Source: Rebecca billardiae RCC1528 (taxonomy: Eukaryota; Protista; Haptophyta). Taken from it: a DNA stretch of 64,000 nucleotides. The stretch covers positions 186,001 through 250,000 of the forward strand of contig OZ251229.1 of NCBI GenBank assembly GCA_965240325.2. Reading direction: 5' to 3'. Each line of letters begins with the position of its first letter. Within the stretch, counting starts at the first letter, position 1. The notes under the pieces were generated by a model. That model was given only the letters and a program-made list of their open reading frames with translations, made no database searches and was not told the DNA's origin. The position numbers and the translations under genes are program-made. Below are positions 20,017 through 30,375 of the stretch, one piece after another.

Positions 20017-21662
20017 ATGCACGATGGCGTCGTCCCGCGCCGCCCGAGTAGCAGGGCCGGCTGCTACGGGCTCGTCCTGCTCGCCGCCCGGCCCGGCGCG
20101 GTGGGCGGCGGCCCGGCCCATACCGACACTGCACCGCCGACGACGCGCCTCGCCCTCGGCGTGATCTCCGCGCCCGGCCGCGAGGCTCTGCGCGCGGATG
20201 CCCGGTCCACGTGGGCGCACGCGTCGGTGGTGCCGCGCGACGTGTCCGTGCGCTTCGTGCTGCCCGCGCGCGAGCTCGCGGACGAGGCGCTGCTGCGCGA
20301 GGCGGAGGCGCATGCGGACGTGCTCTTCACCAACTGCACCGACGCCGCGCCCACCGCCGCGTGGCGCAAGCAGTGGCTCTGGCTCGAGCACGCGGCGCGC
20401 GCGTACGGCGCGGCGCGCTGGGTGGGTAAGCTGGAGGACGACGTGTTCGCCGACCTGGCGGGGACGCGCGGCTTCCTCGGGCTGCCCTTCCTCAACGCGT
20501 CGCGCCCGACCATCGTCGGCGCGTGGGAGCACTTCTCGTGGCTCGAGCGCGCGGGCTGCCCCGTCGGCCATGGCTTCAGCCTCTCGGTGGCGGCGCAGGC
20601 GCACCGGCAGCACTGCGCGGCGCGCGCGCTCCGGCGCGCAAACGAGAGCTGCTTCGGCCCGTTCGTGTTCCCCAAGGCGTCTGGCGTGTTCCTCTCCGCG
20701 CCAGCGCTCCGCGCCCTCCTCGCCTCGCGCGCGCGCCGCCTCGCGCACGCGCGCTCGCCCCCCGCCTGCCCCGCCTCCGCGGCGCGCGCGCGGCCGGTCG
20801 GAGCGCGCTTCCGCGGCGTGCTGAGCGAGGACGTGTGGCTGGGGTACGCGCTGCGCAAGCACGTGGCGCAGCGCTCGCTCGTGCTCTTCTCGCTGCAGCT
20901 CTCGCTGCTCGGCGACAACGCCGCGTCCAAGGGCGCCACCTCCGCCGTGAGCCTGCTGCTGCACGACCAGCGCAAGACGGCGCTCAAGCTGCCCAAAAAG
21001 GCGCCGCGCGCGCCGCCGGCCGGAGGTCCGGTCCTGGAGGGCGCGCAGCAGGAGGACGGCGGCGGCTTCTCGCGCGTCCGTCGCGCGCACGTGCTGCGGA
21101 TGCGCGAGCCGTTCAACGCGAGTGCGTATCGGTACGAGGTGCAGGTGTGTACGCACGCGCGTGCGCACGCCCCGGCACGCATGGCGTGCGCGGGGCTGGG
21201 GGCGCGCGGGCCGTCGCGCGCGCGGCCCAGCGCGCGAGCTTTGGCCGTGCTGGGCGGCGGGTGGTGGGCACACAGCGCTGCGCGCGGCCCGCCCCGCCCC
21301 CAGCCCCCCCCCCCCACCCCCCTGGCGCTGCCCACGCCCCGCTGCTCTGGCTGCTCTGTGCTCACTGCCAGGAGAGGCTGATCGGTCCGGCCGCGCCCGG
21401 CCTTGCGCTCACGCCGCACGCCGCCGCCGTGCTGGTGGGCGCACGCGTGCAGTCGGCGGGGCTGGCGCCGACCTACGCAATGTGGCCGCGCGCGTGGGCC
21501 ATGTACACGGTGCACCACGCCGAGCGCCGCAGTGACGGCGCGGTGCCCGTGCTGCTGCCGACCAAGGAGCCGATCGACGCGGGCGGCGTGCCCACGCGCT
21601 ACCCCTTCGAGCGAGTAGGCCGCAGTGGCCGAGGCTGGTTCAACAGCTGGTCGTCATCATAA
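20017..21662 (+). CDS. Putative GT31 (galactosyltransferase-like) glycosyltransferase; intron 21145-21371
   Basis: LALGVISAP...REALRADARSTW, LLREAEAHADVL, WVGKLEDDVF (DxD-type), FPKASGVFLS, SEDVWLG. Confidence 0.7.
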
Positions 21663-21715
21663 TGACAGTCGTACCCCCATAATGACGATTCTGTAATACC
21701 ACCGGTGGCATCTTC

Positions 21716-23032
21716 ATGGCGGCATGGCTGCCCGCACACCGACGCGGCGGGCGCGTCGTCGCGGACTGCGAGGACGGCAGCAGTTCGGCGGCGAGCACGC
21801 GGGATCGGGAGCGCAGGCGGCCGCCAGGCCGCGCGCGCGCGTCGCACGCCGCGTGCATCGCGTGCACGCTCCTCGCGCTGATCTCGTGGCCGCTGTGGTC
21901 CCCGCGCGCGTGGGCGCTCGTGCAGCTGCGCTCGGGCCTGTTCGGCCGCGTGCTGACGGACGCGTCGCCGCGCCAGCTGCTGATCGTGGGCACGCAGTCG
22001 TCGGGCACGTCGGCCATCTCGCTCAACCTCACCGAGGCGCTCGGCCTCGAGATCGCGCACGAGAGCAGCGACGCGTCGCAGAGCCCGTGCCGCGACGGCA
22101 CGGTGAGCTGGGTGCACGGGCTGCGCTTTGTGCGCGCGCACGCGGACGCCGAGGCGGTGCGCGCGCTGTGCGCGGCGCAGCTGCCGCGTCTCGGGCTGCT
22201 GCGCAACGCCTTCCGCGCGCCGCGCGAGTGCGGCCTCCTCGAGTCCCTGCAGGCGTGGCCGCCGTGCCAGCAGCGCGCGTGCAGCGCCATGCAGGCCGAG
22301 CAGCGCGGCTGCGGTCTGCGCGCGCGCCCGTCGTGCGCGCCGCCGTTCGCGCGCACGCTGCTGCAGGTGCGGCACCCGCTGCACGTGATCGCGTCCCTCG
22401 CCGCCAAGTTCTGCCCCTCGGGGCCCGACGGCCCGCTCGACCCCGCCTTCGCCACCGCGCTGCGCGCGCTCTGGCCCCACCACCCGTGGGCGGCCTCGAG
22501 CTGCGTGGGCAGCGCGGGCTGGTACGTGGCGCTGTACAACGAGGACGCGCTGGCGGCGGTGGAGGACGGGCGGATACACGCGTGGTACGCCGTGGAGCGG
22601 AGCGGCGTGTGCGACGTCGCGCGCCTCGGCGGCTTCACGGACCAGCCGCCGCCCGCCGGCGCGTGCGTGCACGCGCCCTCGTGCGAGCGCGTGCGGCGCG
22701 CGTGCGAGGGCGGCGCGTCGGCGCCGCGCGAGCCCGGCACCCTCGCGCTGCTGCTCGCCGGCTTCTCGCGCGCGCTGCCGTTCGCACTGCCGGGCGCACC
22801 GCGGCGCGGGCGCAACCGGCAGAACAGGCGCGCGGGCGGCGTGGACTTACAGCAGATCCGCGCTGTCGACGGCGGCGAGCTCGCCAGGCGCGTGCTGCAG
22901 CTGTGCGGCCGGCTGGGGTACGCGTGCGCTCCAGAGCGGGCAGGAGCGCGCGCCCTGCCTCGGCCGGGGCGGCGGGCTCGGGCGAGGCCGGGCGAAGCTG
23001 CTGCGACCACCGCGCCCGGCCGGTCTGACTGA
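21716..23032 (+). CDS. Putative Golgi-type sulfotransferase-like protein
   Basis: N-terminal TM (IACTLLALISWPLW), a 5'-PSB-like loop LLIVGTQSSGTS..., LEIAHE, and a 3'-PB-like motif LLQVRHPLHVIAS. Confidence 0.65.
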   Translation: MAAWLPAHRRGGRVVADCEDGSSSAASTRDRERRRPPGRARASHAACIACTLLALISWPLWSPRAWALVQLRSGLFGRVLTDASPRQLLIVGTQSSGTSAISLNLTEALGLEIAHESSDASQSPCRDGTVSWVHGLRFVRAHADAEAVRALCAAQLPRLGLLRNAFRAPRECGLLESLQAWPPCQQRACSAMQAEQRGCGLRARPSCAPPFARTLLQVRHPLHVIASLAAKFCPSGPDGPLDPAFATALRALWPHHPWAASSCVGSAGWYVALYNEDALAAVEDGRIHAWYAVERSGVCDVARLGGFTDQPPPAGACVHAPSCERVRRACEGGASAPREPGTLALLLAGFSRALPFALPGAPRRGRNRQNRRAGGVDLQQIRAVDGGELARRVLQLCGRLGYACAPERAGARALPRPGRRARARPGEAAATTAPGRSD

Positions 23033-23358
23033 GGCGCCGGGTCGGCGCGTGGTGCATCTGATGCCCGCATTCGTTCGGTCCCAGGGCCAGCGCTGCGGCA
23101 GACACGCACGCGACAGTCCGCGCAGCTTGATCAGTTGATGCACCTGGAGACGCCGCCACTGTCCGTTGGGCGTGGCTCGAAGCAGGATTCGTCGGCCGAA
23201 CACCGGTAGAAACTTGATCCAACGCCAGACCAAATGATTAATGAGCGCCACCCAGCCTGCAGCTGCAGGCAGCCAATGGAGAAAGTTGCCCGGACAAGCG
23301 GCGTAATTTGTTTGGGCTTTATCTGCGGGCCACTCGCGACCTCGCGTGCGCATCGGCC

Positions 23359-23760
23359 ATGCCGTCATCTCGCCTTCTCGCTGCGCTCTACGCGCTCGCC
23401 GCCATGGCGGCTGTGGACGCGCGGATGACGCGGGTGACGAGCGTGCGGCCCAGTGTAATGGCACCGCGCGTGTGCACGCTTACGGGCTCGCGCGCACTCC
23501 GCATGCAGTCTGACAGCACCGAGCCAGAAGCCGCGACGCCAGCAGCGGAGCCGGCAGCAGAGGCGGAGCCGGAGGATGAGAAGAAGCCGCAGTGGGTGGA
23601 CAAGGACGCGAGCGCAAACGAATCCTTCAAGCTGAGCTGGTGGGGATACCCGTTTCTGGTGTACCCCGTCGTTCTCATCTTGAACGACTTCTTCCACTTC
23701 CTGCCGAAGAACTTTGACATTGTGAAGCTTGTCAAGGCACTTGCGTCAGGTGAGCCGTAA
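23359..23760 (+). CDS. Small predicted plastid-targeted membrane protein of unknown function
   Basis: Signal peptide (LLAALYALAAMAAVDA), an R/S/T-rich transit-like segment ending ..ALRM, an acidic linker and a C-terminal TM (WWGYPFLVYPVVLIL). Confidence 0.65.
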   Translation: MPSSRLLAALYALAAMAAVDARMTRVTSVRPSVMAPRVCTLTGSRALRMQSDSTEPEAATPAAEPAAEAEPEDEKKPQWVDKDASANESFKLSWWGYPFLVYPVVLILNDFFHFLPKNFDIVKLVKALASGEP

Positions 23761-24852
23761 GGCACCCAAGACCACTCGCATACATGGCCTGCTGCTGCTT
23801 TCGGGGATGCCATCGCTGGGCTGATGTGCGCCGTAGGATGCTGAACGCCTGCACCGCTGCTCGCATTCGATCATGCTGGCGATCATATAGACCACTGATT
23901 CATGCGATTTGAGACCGACGCTCGCCTGGCCGTGGTGCGGGCGCGCCGCGCGGTGCCCGGAATGGTACGGAATAAAAGCAGATCGTCACGATCTAGCAGC
24001 CGCAGTCGTCGTAGTAGTATTATAACCGTCTCAGTTGCGCCGATGTGATGACTCAGACTCAGTCGTGGGTCACAGCAGTCGGAATGTGCTGCCGGTGACT
24101 CTGCTGGCACCGTGCCCGGCCCCGTTGACGTTCAACTTCACGTCACTGGCGTTGCCTCGCCCTCATCGGTTGCCGCCTGTTTTATGACTCCGAGCCGCTG
24201 TACGGCAGTCCGGGCCGTATACTCGGATGTGAGTAAAACGGTACCGTTATTGACTAACTGAGTCTGATTCAACTCTGAAACTGTTACTCTGAGTCTGATG
24301 CGAGTCGAACACTCTGAACATCCGCGGGTCGATGATTGTCGCGTGGACCTGTCGACTCCGAGCTCCGAGGCGGACTCACCCGAATGCTTCAAAGTGTCAG
24401 ACTGCATGCACCGGGTGGCGGCAGTACCGGTGACACCGGGTCCGATGGTAGCTCGACTGGCCGGACCGTGCGCGCCACGCGCAGCGGGCCAGCGCGGCCG
24501 GGCCGGCGGGCGGGCCGGCCGCGGGCGCCGGCGGGCGGGCGCCGCGGGCGGGGCAGCCGGCCGCCCTCGCCCCCGGCGGCGGCGGGCGGGCGGGCACACC
24601 CGCTGGCACCGCCTCCCGGCGACGCGGCGCCGCCAGCCGTTCCAGAGTCGTCTGAGCCTGACTCCTTGCGAGTTGCAGGCAGCAGTCCTGCAGCCCGGGC
24701 TGCCATATTGTCGTCGCCAGCCTGCTCGGACCGGAGGATGCTGGAGGGACGCATCGGTGCGCGGTCACAGTGAGTGGTCAGACATGATGCAGCACGCCAA
24801 ATCCTGCACTGCCTCTCAGCCAGCATTGGCAGGGCACGCCCCCGGGCCGGCC

Positions 24853-25611
24853 TCACGTCGAGAGCTTGAGGTCACCGCCCTGCATCTTGGTCGCCACCTC
24901 CTTGTCCACCAGCGCCTTCCGCCTCTGGTTGTACACGTCTGAGCCCGGCCCGGCGAGCAGGCCGTCCCCGCCGAGCAGCTGCTCGTCCACCTCGACGCGG
25001 TCGAGTGCCGTGTGCTCGAGCAGCGGCACAGGCAGCGCGCGCAGCTCGGGGTTGCCCTTCACCTTGAGCCAGCGCAGGCGCGTGCACCCGCCCATGGCGT
25101 CTGGCAGTAGCGCGAGCGTGTTCGAGCTCAGGTCGAGCTCGACGAGCGCCGTGAGCCCGCCCACCTCGTCAGGAAGGCCAGAGAGCCTGTTGCGCGCTGC
25201 GCTCAGCAGCGTGAGCGAGCCGAGCGCGCCGATGGCGGGGGGCAGCTCGGTGAGCGCGTTGCCGTCTAGGTGCAATTTCTTCAGCCGCGTGCAGCCGCCG
25301 ATCTCGGCCGGGAGCGCCGTGAGCGCGTTATGCGTCACGTCCAGCATCTCGAGCCGCGCGAGCTGGCCGACGACAGCGTCGAGCGCGCTCAGCCGGTTGT
25401 GTGCGAGCGTGAGCATCGTGAGGCTCCTGCCGAGCTCGCCCATGCTCGGTCCGATTTGCGAGACGGCGTTGTGCGAAAGGTCGAGCGTCCGCAGGGTGCC
25501 CAGCGCGAGCACGCGGTCGGGGATTTTGGTGAGCGCCGGCACCTGCTTTTGCAGCACCAGCACGCCCGTCTTCTCGGCGCGCTCGATACGTGTGCTCGTG
25601 TTGTTGCCCAT
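24853..25611 (-). CDS. LRRC57: Leucine-rich repeat protein 57-like (intronless)
   Basis: N-terminus MGNNTSTRIERAEKTGVLVL resembles LRRC57 (MGN...A.KTGV..L), followed by about 7 23-aa LRRs. Confidence 0.75.
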   Translation of the reverse strand: MGNNTSTRIERAEKTGVLVLQKQVPALTKIPDRVLALGTLRTLDLSHNAVSQIGPSMGELGRSLTMLTLAHNRLSALDAVVGQLARLEMLDVTHNALTALPAEIGGCTRLKKLHLDGNALTELPPAIGALGSLTLLSAARNRLSGLPDEVGGLTALVELDLSSNTLALLPDAMGGCTRLRWLKVKGNPELRALPVPLLEHTALDRVEVDEQLLGGDGLLAGPGSDVYNQRRKALVDKEVATKMQGGDLKLST

Positions 25612-26004
25612 CACGCCGTCCGTCGACGGAAGAGAGGTCGAGTAGCACGTCCCCATGTATGGCGCGATGCAACGCCCGCGATGAGAACGTCTCGCAGAGG
25701 ACAGCCGAGCTGCCGGCGCTGCAGGCGGCGGCGGCGGCCTTCCACTGCGGCGGCCACTGATCCGGTTGCGCGGCCGCCGGCCGTGATCTCGATCCGGACG
25801 CACTGGAGACCTGCTAATACGGCTTCCTCTGCCATAAGCCACTTTACCCGCCTGGCATTCAGTGTTGGTAGGGCGGCCGCGGACGACGGCGGGTACGTTC
25901 AACGTCAAGGAACTCTCGTCCCCTGCCGTTTGAGTCAAATCGGCCTCGCGCCTGCGCGACTGCGCGAGGGAGGACTGCTGGGGCAGGGCTCTCAAAACGC
26001 GCCG

Positions 26005-29000
26005 ATGAGCGGCAGCCACTCGGCGCTCGCGCGGCTCGAGGACTACTTGCAGAGCCACGACGGCGCGTCAGCGCAGCACGCGCCCGCACGCCAACCAGCG
26101 CCCCCGGCGGCTCGAGCCGCTCCCGTCGTCCAGCGACCGGGCGGCCGGTCGGCGTGTGCAGGCGCGGCTCATGAGCGCTCGGCGCACCATGCGGCGCACG
26201 GCGGCGGCGGCGGCCGGGATGCACGCGAGACGGCACCGCATTCGGGTGCACGCCGTGTGCTCGGTGACTACAATGGCCTCGCGCGCCGCGGCGCGCGCAC
26301 TGGCGAGGGCGCCTTCGCTGCCGCCAATGTGCCGCCGAGCGTGAGCGGAGGTGAGGGCGTGCAGGGTGCCTTCTCGCTCTTGCCGTCTGCCAAGCTGGAT
26401 CGCCTGCTGCAGAGCGCCGCGGAGCCGCCTCCTGGCAGCATTGGCACGTACACGCTCGGCGCAGCCGACTCGACGCCGCTCGCCTCGCAGCTCGACGCGT
26501 GCGTGAGTGCATGCGGCCCCAGCACGCCAGCGGCCGCAGCGGGCGCGCACAACGTCGAGGCATGCGCCCCGCACGAGGAGGGCTGGGGCAGCGCCCCGGC
26601 CGCGCGCGCGGCTGCGCCTGACGTCTTCGCCGATGCCGACCCGCCGAGCATCCGCTGGATCGACGACGGTCAGATCTGGCTCGAGCCGCCCGCGGACGCG
26701 CCGGCAGCGCCACGAGCCGATGCGCATGCGCGGCGCGGCGCGAACGGCCACGCGGCGCAGGTCGCCACCGTGGCGCTCGCCGCGGCGGCGATGCGCGAGC
26801 AGGCGTACGCGTCGTATGATATGTCCGGACTCGCGCCGACCCAGCCCGCACAGCCCGCGGCGGGGATGTGGGCGCCGCCGTACGAGGGCGCGCGCCACGG
26901 CAGCGGCGGCGCGCGTGGCGCGCAGGAGGGCCGGTCAGCCGAGCAGAGCGTGCACGCTGCAGACGGCGCTGGGTTTCCGCGGCCGCGCACGTTCTTCGTC
27001 AGGGACGCGCCGCCGCTGCCCCAGCACCCCGAGGCCCTCGGCGCCGCGCCGTCCGGCGCGCCCACGCCCGCGCTCGCCGCGCGCGCGCCGCAGCTGTCGG
27101 GCGAGTCGTGCAGCGCCCTCGCGTCCGCGCTCGCGAGCCGGACGGTGCACGAGGCGGTGCAGGACATGTACCGCGCGATGGGCGCGGGCTGCTCGGCGCA
27201 CGGCGGCGCGTCGGCGCGCGCGGCGCCGCCCCCGCCCTCCGCGCCGCTCGTGCCCGCCGTCCGCCCGCTGCACATCGCCGCCTCCGGCTTCCCGGGCGCG
27301 CGCGCGCGCGAGGCGCCCGTGGCTCGCGCGGAGGCCGAGCCGCGCGCGGCGCACGCGCACGGCGTGAGCGCGGCGGGCGCAGCCTCGCGCTCGGCGAGCG
27401 CGCGGCCGGCGTCCGCGGCCGCGTCGGCTGCGCCGCTCGCCTCGCCGCGCGCGCGCGCCAGCAACGCGCACGCGGACGCGCGCACCCGGCAGTGGTACCT
27501 GCTGTTCCACTCGAGCGCCAGCGTCTCTTCGCGCGCGGAGCGGGTGCCGTGGGCGCGCTGGCCGGCGGTGCAGAGCTGGGTGCACGCGCGGCGCAAGAAG
27601 CGCGTGCTCCGCCGCCGGCCGCTCGTCGCGAACGGCCGCGGCCGCGGCTTCGTGAGCGCGCTCACGCCGATCGAGGACGACGACGCCGATGCCACGGAGG
27701 CGCATGCGCCGCTCGCAGGCGCGTGCGCACAGCAGGCGCATGCGGCCGCGCCCGTCGCTGAGGATGGCGCTGAGGAGGAGGGCGCTGCCGCTGCCGACCT
27801 CGCGCCCCTCGCGCACACCCGCGCCGACGGTGCGGTCCCGCCACACGCGAGTGCGGAGGCGGGCGCAGTAGGCGGCGAGACGGAGGCGGCGGCCGCTCGG
27901 GCCGCCGACGCCGAGCCCGTGCTCACGCGCTCATCGGCCGAGCGCGCGCCGCCTGCCGCTCCGCCGAGCGCTGCGCCCGCCATGGCCGCGGCCGGGCCGC
28001 CAGGCGCGCACTCGACCGCGCCGGCGATGCCGACGCGCGCCGACGACGGCCTGCTGCGGATGCTCGCCGCGGCGCCACCGCCGTCCCCAGACGCGCCCAC
28101 CGCCGTGCCCACCGGCTTCCCTGCGATCGAGCCTGCCAGCCTCATCGAGGCTGCGCGCTCGGACGCGCCAGCAGCCGCCGCCATGCCGCCGCCGCCGGCG
28201 GCGACTGCATCGCTCGAAGCTGCGCCGGCCGTGGTCGCGCGCGACGCGCGGGCGCAGCCGGAGTCGCTGCCGGCGCTGGGGCGCGCGCTTGCCCAGGCTG
28301 CGGGCCCTGCCAGCACCAGCCCGGGTCCCAGCGCCAGCGTTGCCGAGACACCCGCCGCCGCCGCTGGCCACGCGCCGGCCGGCACAACGCCATCGCCTGC
28401 GGACACGCCCCCCGAGCACGGCGGCGGCGATGCGCGGGCACGCCGGGCGGAGGCGTTCGGCCGGTGGCTCACGCTCGGCGCCGCGATGCGCCGCCGCCGC
28501 GCCGTGCTCGCGGCCGCCCGCGCGGTGCTGCGCGACACCGCCCCGCGTGGCCGCACTGGGGCCGTCGTGCGGCGCGCCTGGCGCCAGCTCGGCGCGGCGC
28601 TCCGGCGCGCGCGCCTCCGCGCGGCGGCGCCTGCGCCCGCGGCGGCGCGGCCCAAGCAGCGCAGCGCCGCCGCCGTCGCACGCCTCCTGCCGCAGGCGGA
28701 CGGGCAGACGAGCGTGGTGTCGCGCGCGCTCGCCTCCGCAGCGGGGAGCGCGGGCGAGAGCGCGCACCCCGCGCGCGCCACAGCCGGCGCGCGCGCCGCG
28801 GGGACACCCTTGGAGCGGCCCGCGCCGCAGCGCACTCCGCAGCGCGCGCAGCGCGCGCAGCGCGCGCAGCCGCTCATCCCGGCGCCAAGTGCGGCGGCGG
28901 ATGCGCGCGCGCTCATCGCGCCGCGCGTGAGCCGCGCCGTGTCCGCCGGCGAGCGGCGCGCGCGGCCGGCGGTGCAGGCGGGCCTGCGCGCGGGCGCGCG

Positions 29001-30375
29001 GCGCGTGCGCATCGCGCCGCCATCGGGCGCGGCCGACCTCGGCTCAGGCAGCGCCTCCCCAGCCGGGCGCGCGCCGCCGCTGCTCGAGAGTCCTGCGGAG
29101 GAGTCTGGGCTGCTCCTGTCGCCGCGCCCGGCGTCGAGCCCGGCGTCGTCGACGGCGGCGGCGCGCATGCTGCCGCTGTGGGGCGAGGCTGCTGCGCGCG
29201 CGGACGGCGCCGCGCACGCGCACGCAAACGAGGGCGGCGCGGCGAGCAGCGCCGTGCCCGCCAAGCTGCCGCTGCTGCACGCGCGCGTGCCCGCGCCCGC
29301 GCCGGGCGTGGGCGCGCGCGCCCGTGCCCGCCAGGCCAAGCTGGAGCTTGCGCTCGTTGCGGCCGAGCACAGGCAGCTCGCGCGCGGCGGCGCGCTGGGC
29401 AGGGCGTGCCGCGGCGCGCGCGCCGACACAGCGTGCGGCAACGTCGTCGCCGCCGTCGCTGCCGCTGCCGCCGCCATGTCCTCGGTGCCGCCGAGTGTGG
29501 CCGCTGCCGCCGTTGCGGCTGAGCCCTTGCTTGTGCTCGGCCGGAGGCCTGTCGCCGCCGCGGCCGGCAGCGCGTGGCTGCAACCGCAGCCGCCGCCCTC
29601 TGCAGGCGCGCACGCGCCCACGCCGCCGCCCGGCGGGCCGTCTGGCGCAGAGGAGGGCGCCGCCGCCGCGCGCCGCCACCGGCGCCACCGGCGGCTCAGA
29701 GTGCCGAGCGGCGAGCTGGCTGATGCGCTGCAAGCGCAAGCGGACGGCGGCGCGGCAGCCGACGAGCCGGCGGCGCAGGAGCTGGCGGAGCGCACCGCGC
29801 GCGCGCAAGGCGCGCATCGCCCGGCGGCGCGCCCGCAGGCGACACCGCCGCGCCTTGACGACGCACTGCCGCCGCGCCCTCCTGGCCCCGCGCCGTCGTC
29901 GCCGGCGCGCCACTCGCGCAGCAGCGCGCCAAGCTCGCCGCCCACGCCGCCGCGCCGGGCGAGTCGCGCGCCGCTGCAGCCCGTGCACCACACAAACGCC
30001 AGCGCAGCGCAGCCCGAGCCAAGCCGGCCTCGCGCCGCGCCCAGTGGAACCAAGGGGGGCGAGCTGCGGGCGGCCCGCGCGGCCGATGCGCGTCGAAGCG
30101 CCGATGCCGGCGTGGCCGCAGCCAGCGCAGATGAGGCTGCCGCACACGGCGGCGGCGCGCCCGGTGCCGGCTCCGCCGAGGACGCGTCCTCCGTGGACGA
30201 GCTCAAGGCGCAGCTTGGCCGGCTGCAGCGCTTCCTCGCACATCCGCCACCCGCCCTGGCGGAGTTTGCGGCGGGCGCGGCGGCGGTGGCGAAGGCATCT
30301 TGCGGATCTGCGGCAACGGACGCGCGACCACATGAGCGGCGGCAGGGTCCTCGTCAGCAGCTGCAGGCGTCGTGA
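26005..30375 (+). CDS. Large Ala/Pro-rich low-complexity protein of unknown function
   Basis: A 4.4-kb open frame starting MSGSHSALARLEDYLQ, with a short C-terminal coiled coil (VDELKAQLGRLQRFL). No domain recognised. Confidence 0.6.
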   Translation: MSGSHSALARLEDYLQSHDGASAQHAPARQPAPPAARAAPVVQRPGGRSACAGAAHERSAHHAAHGGGGGRDARETAPHSGARRVLGDYNGLARRGARTGEGAFAAANVPPSVSGGEGVQGAFSLLPSAKLDRLLQSAAEPPPGSIGTYTLGAADSTPLASQLDACVSACGPSTPAAAAGAHNVEACAPHEEGWGSAPAARAAAPDVFADADPPSIRWIDDGQIWLEPPADAPAAPRADAHARRGANGHAAQVATVALAAAAMREQAYASYDMSGLAPTQPAQPAAGMWAPPYEGARHGSGGARGAQEGRSAEQSVHAADGAGFPRPRTFFVRDAPPLPQHPEALGAAPSGAPTPALAARAPQLSGESCSALASALASRTVHEAVQDMYRAMGAGCSAHGGASARAAPPPPSAPLVPAVRPLHIAASGFPGARAREAPVARAEAEPRAAHAHGVSAAGAASRSASARPASAAASAAPLASPRARASNAHADARTRQWYLLFHSSASVSSRAERVPWARWPAVQSWVHARRKKRVLRRRPLVANGRGRGFVSALTPIEDDDADATEAHAPLAGACAQQAHAAAPVAEDGAEEEGAAAADLAPLAHTRADGAVPPHASAEAGAVGGETEAAAARAADAEPVLTRSSAERAPPAAPPSAAPAMAAAGPPGAHSTAPAMPTRADDGLLRMLAAAPPPSPDAPTAVPTGFPAIEPASLIEAARSDAPAAAAMPPPPAATASLEAAPAVVARDARAQPESLPALGRALAQAAGPASTSPGPSASVAETPAAAAGHAPAGTTPSPADTPPEHGGGDARARRAEAFGRWLTLGAAMRRRRAVLAAARAVLRDTAPRGRTGAVVRRAWRQLGAALRRARLRAAAPAPAAARPKQRSAAAVARLLPQADGQTSVVSRALASAAGSAGESAHPARATAGARAAGTPLERPAPQRTPQRAQRAQRAQPLIPAPSAAADARALIAPRVSRAVSAGERRARPAVQAGLRAGARRVRIAPPSGAADLGSGSASPAGRAPPLLESPAEESGLLLSPRPASSPASSTAAARMLPLWGEAAARADGAAHAHANEGGAASSAVPAKLPLLHARVPAPAPGVGARARARQAKLELALVAAEHRQLARGGALGRACRGARADTACGNVVAAVAAAAAAMSSVPPSVAAAAVAAEPLLVLGRRPVAAAAGSAWLQPQPPPSAGAHAPTPPPGGPSGAEEGAAAARRHRRHRRLRVPSGELADALQAQADGGAAADEPAAQELAERTARAQGAHRPAARPQATPPRLDDALPPRPPGPAPSSPARHSRSSAPSSPPTPPRRASRAPLQPVHHTNASAAQPEPSRPRAAPSGTKGGELRAARAADARRSADAGVAAASADEAAAHGGGAPGAGSAEDASSVDELKAQLGRLQRFLAHPPPALAEFAAGAAAVAKASCGSAATDARPHERRQGPRQQLQAS

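Noticed and set aside
26670-30206. Very long antisense/alternative-frame ORFs (also 42807-45749, 17771-19624, 8320-10014 and many more)
   Set aside because: These are Arg/Ala/Pro/Gly-rich shadow frames expected when stops are rare at very high GC. They overlap better-supported genes.
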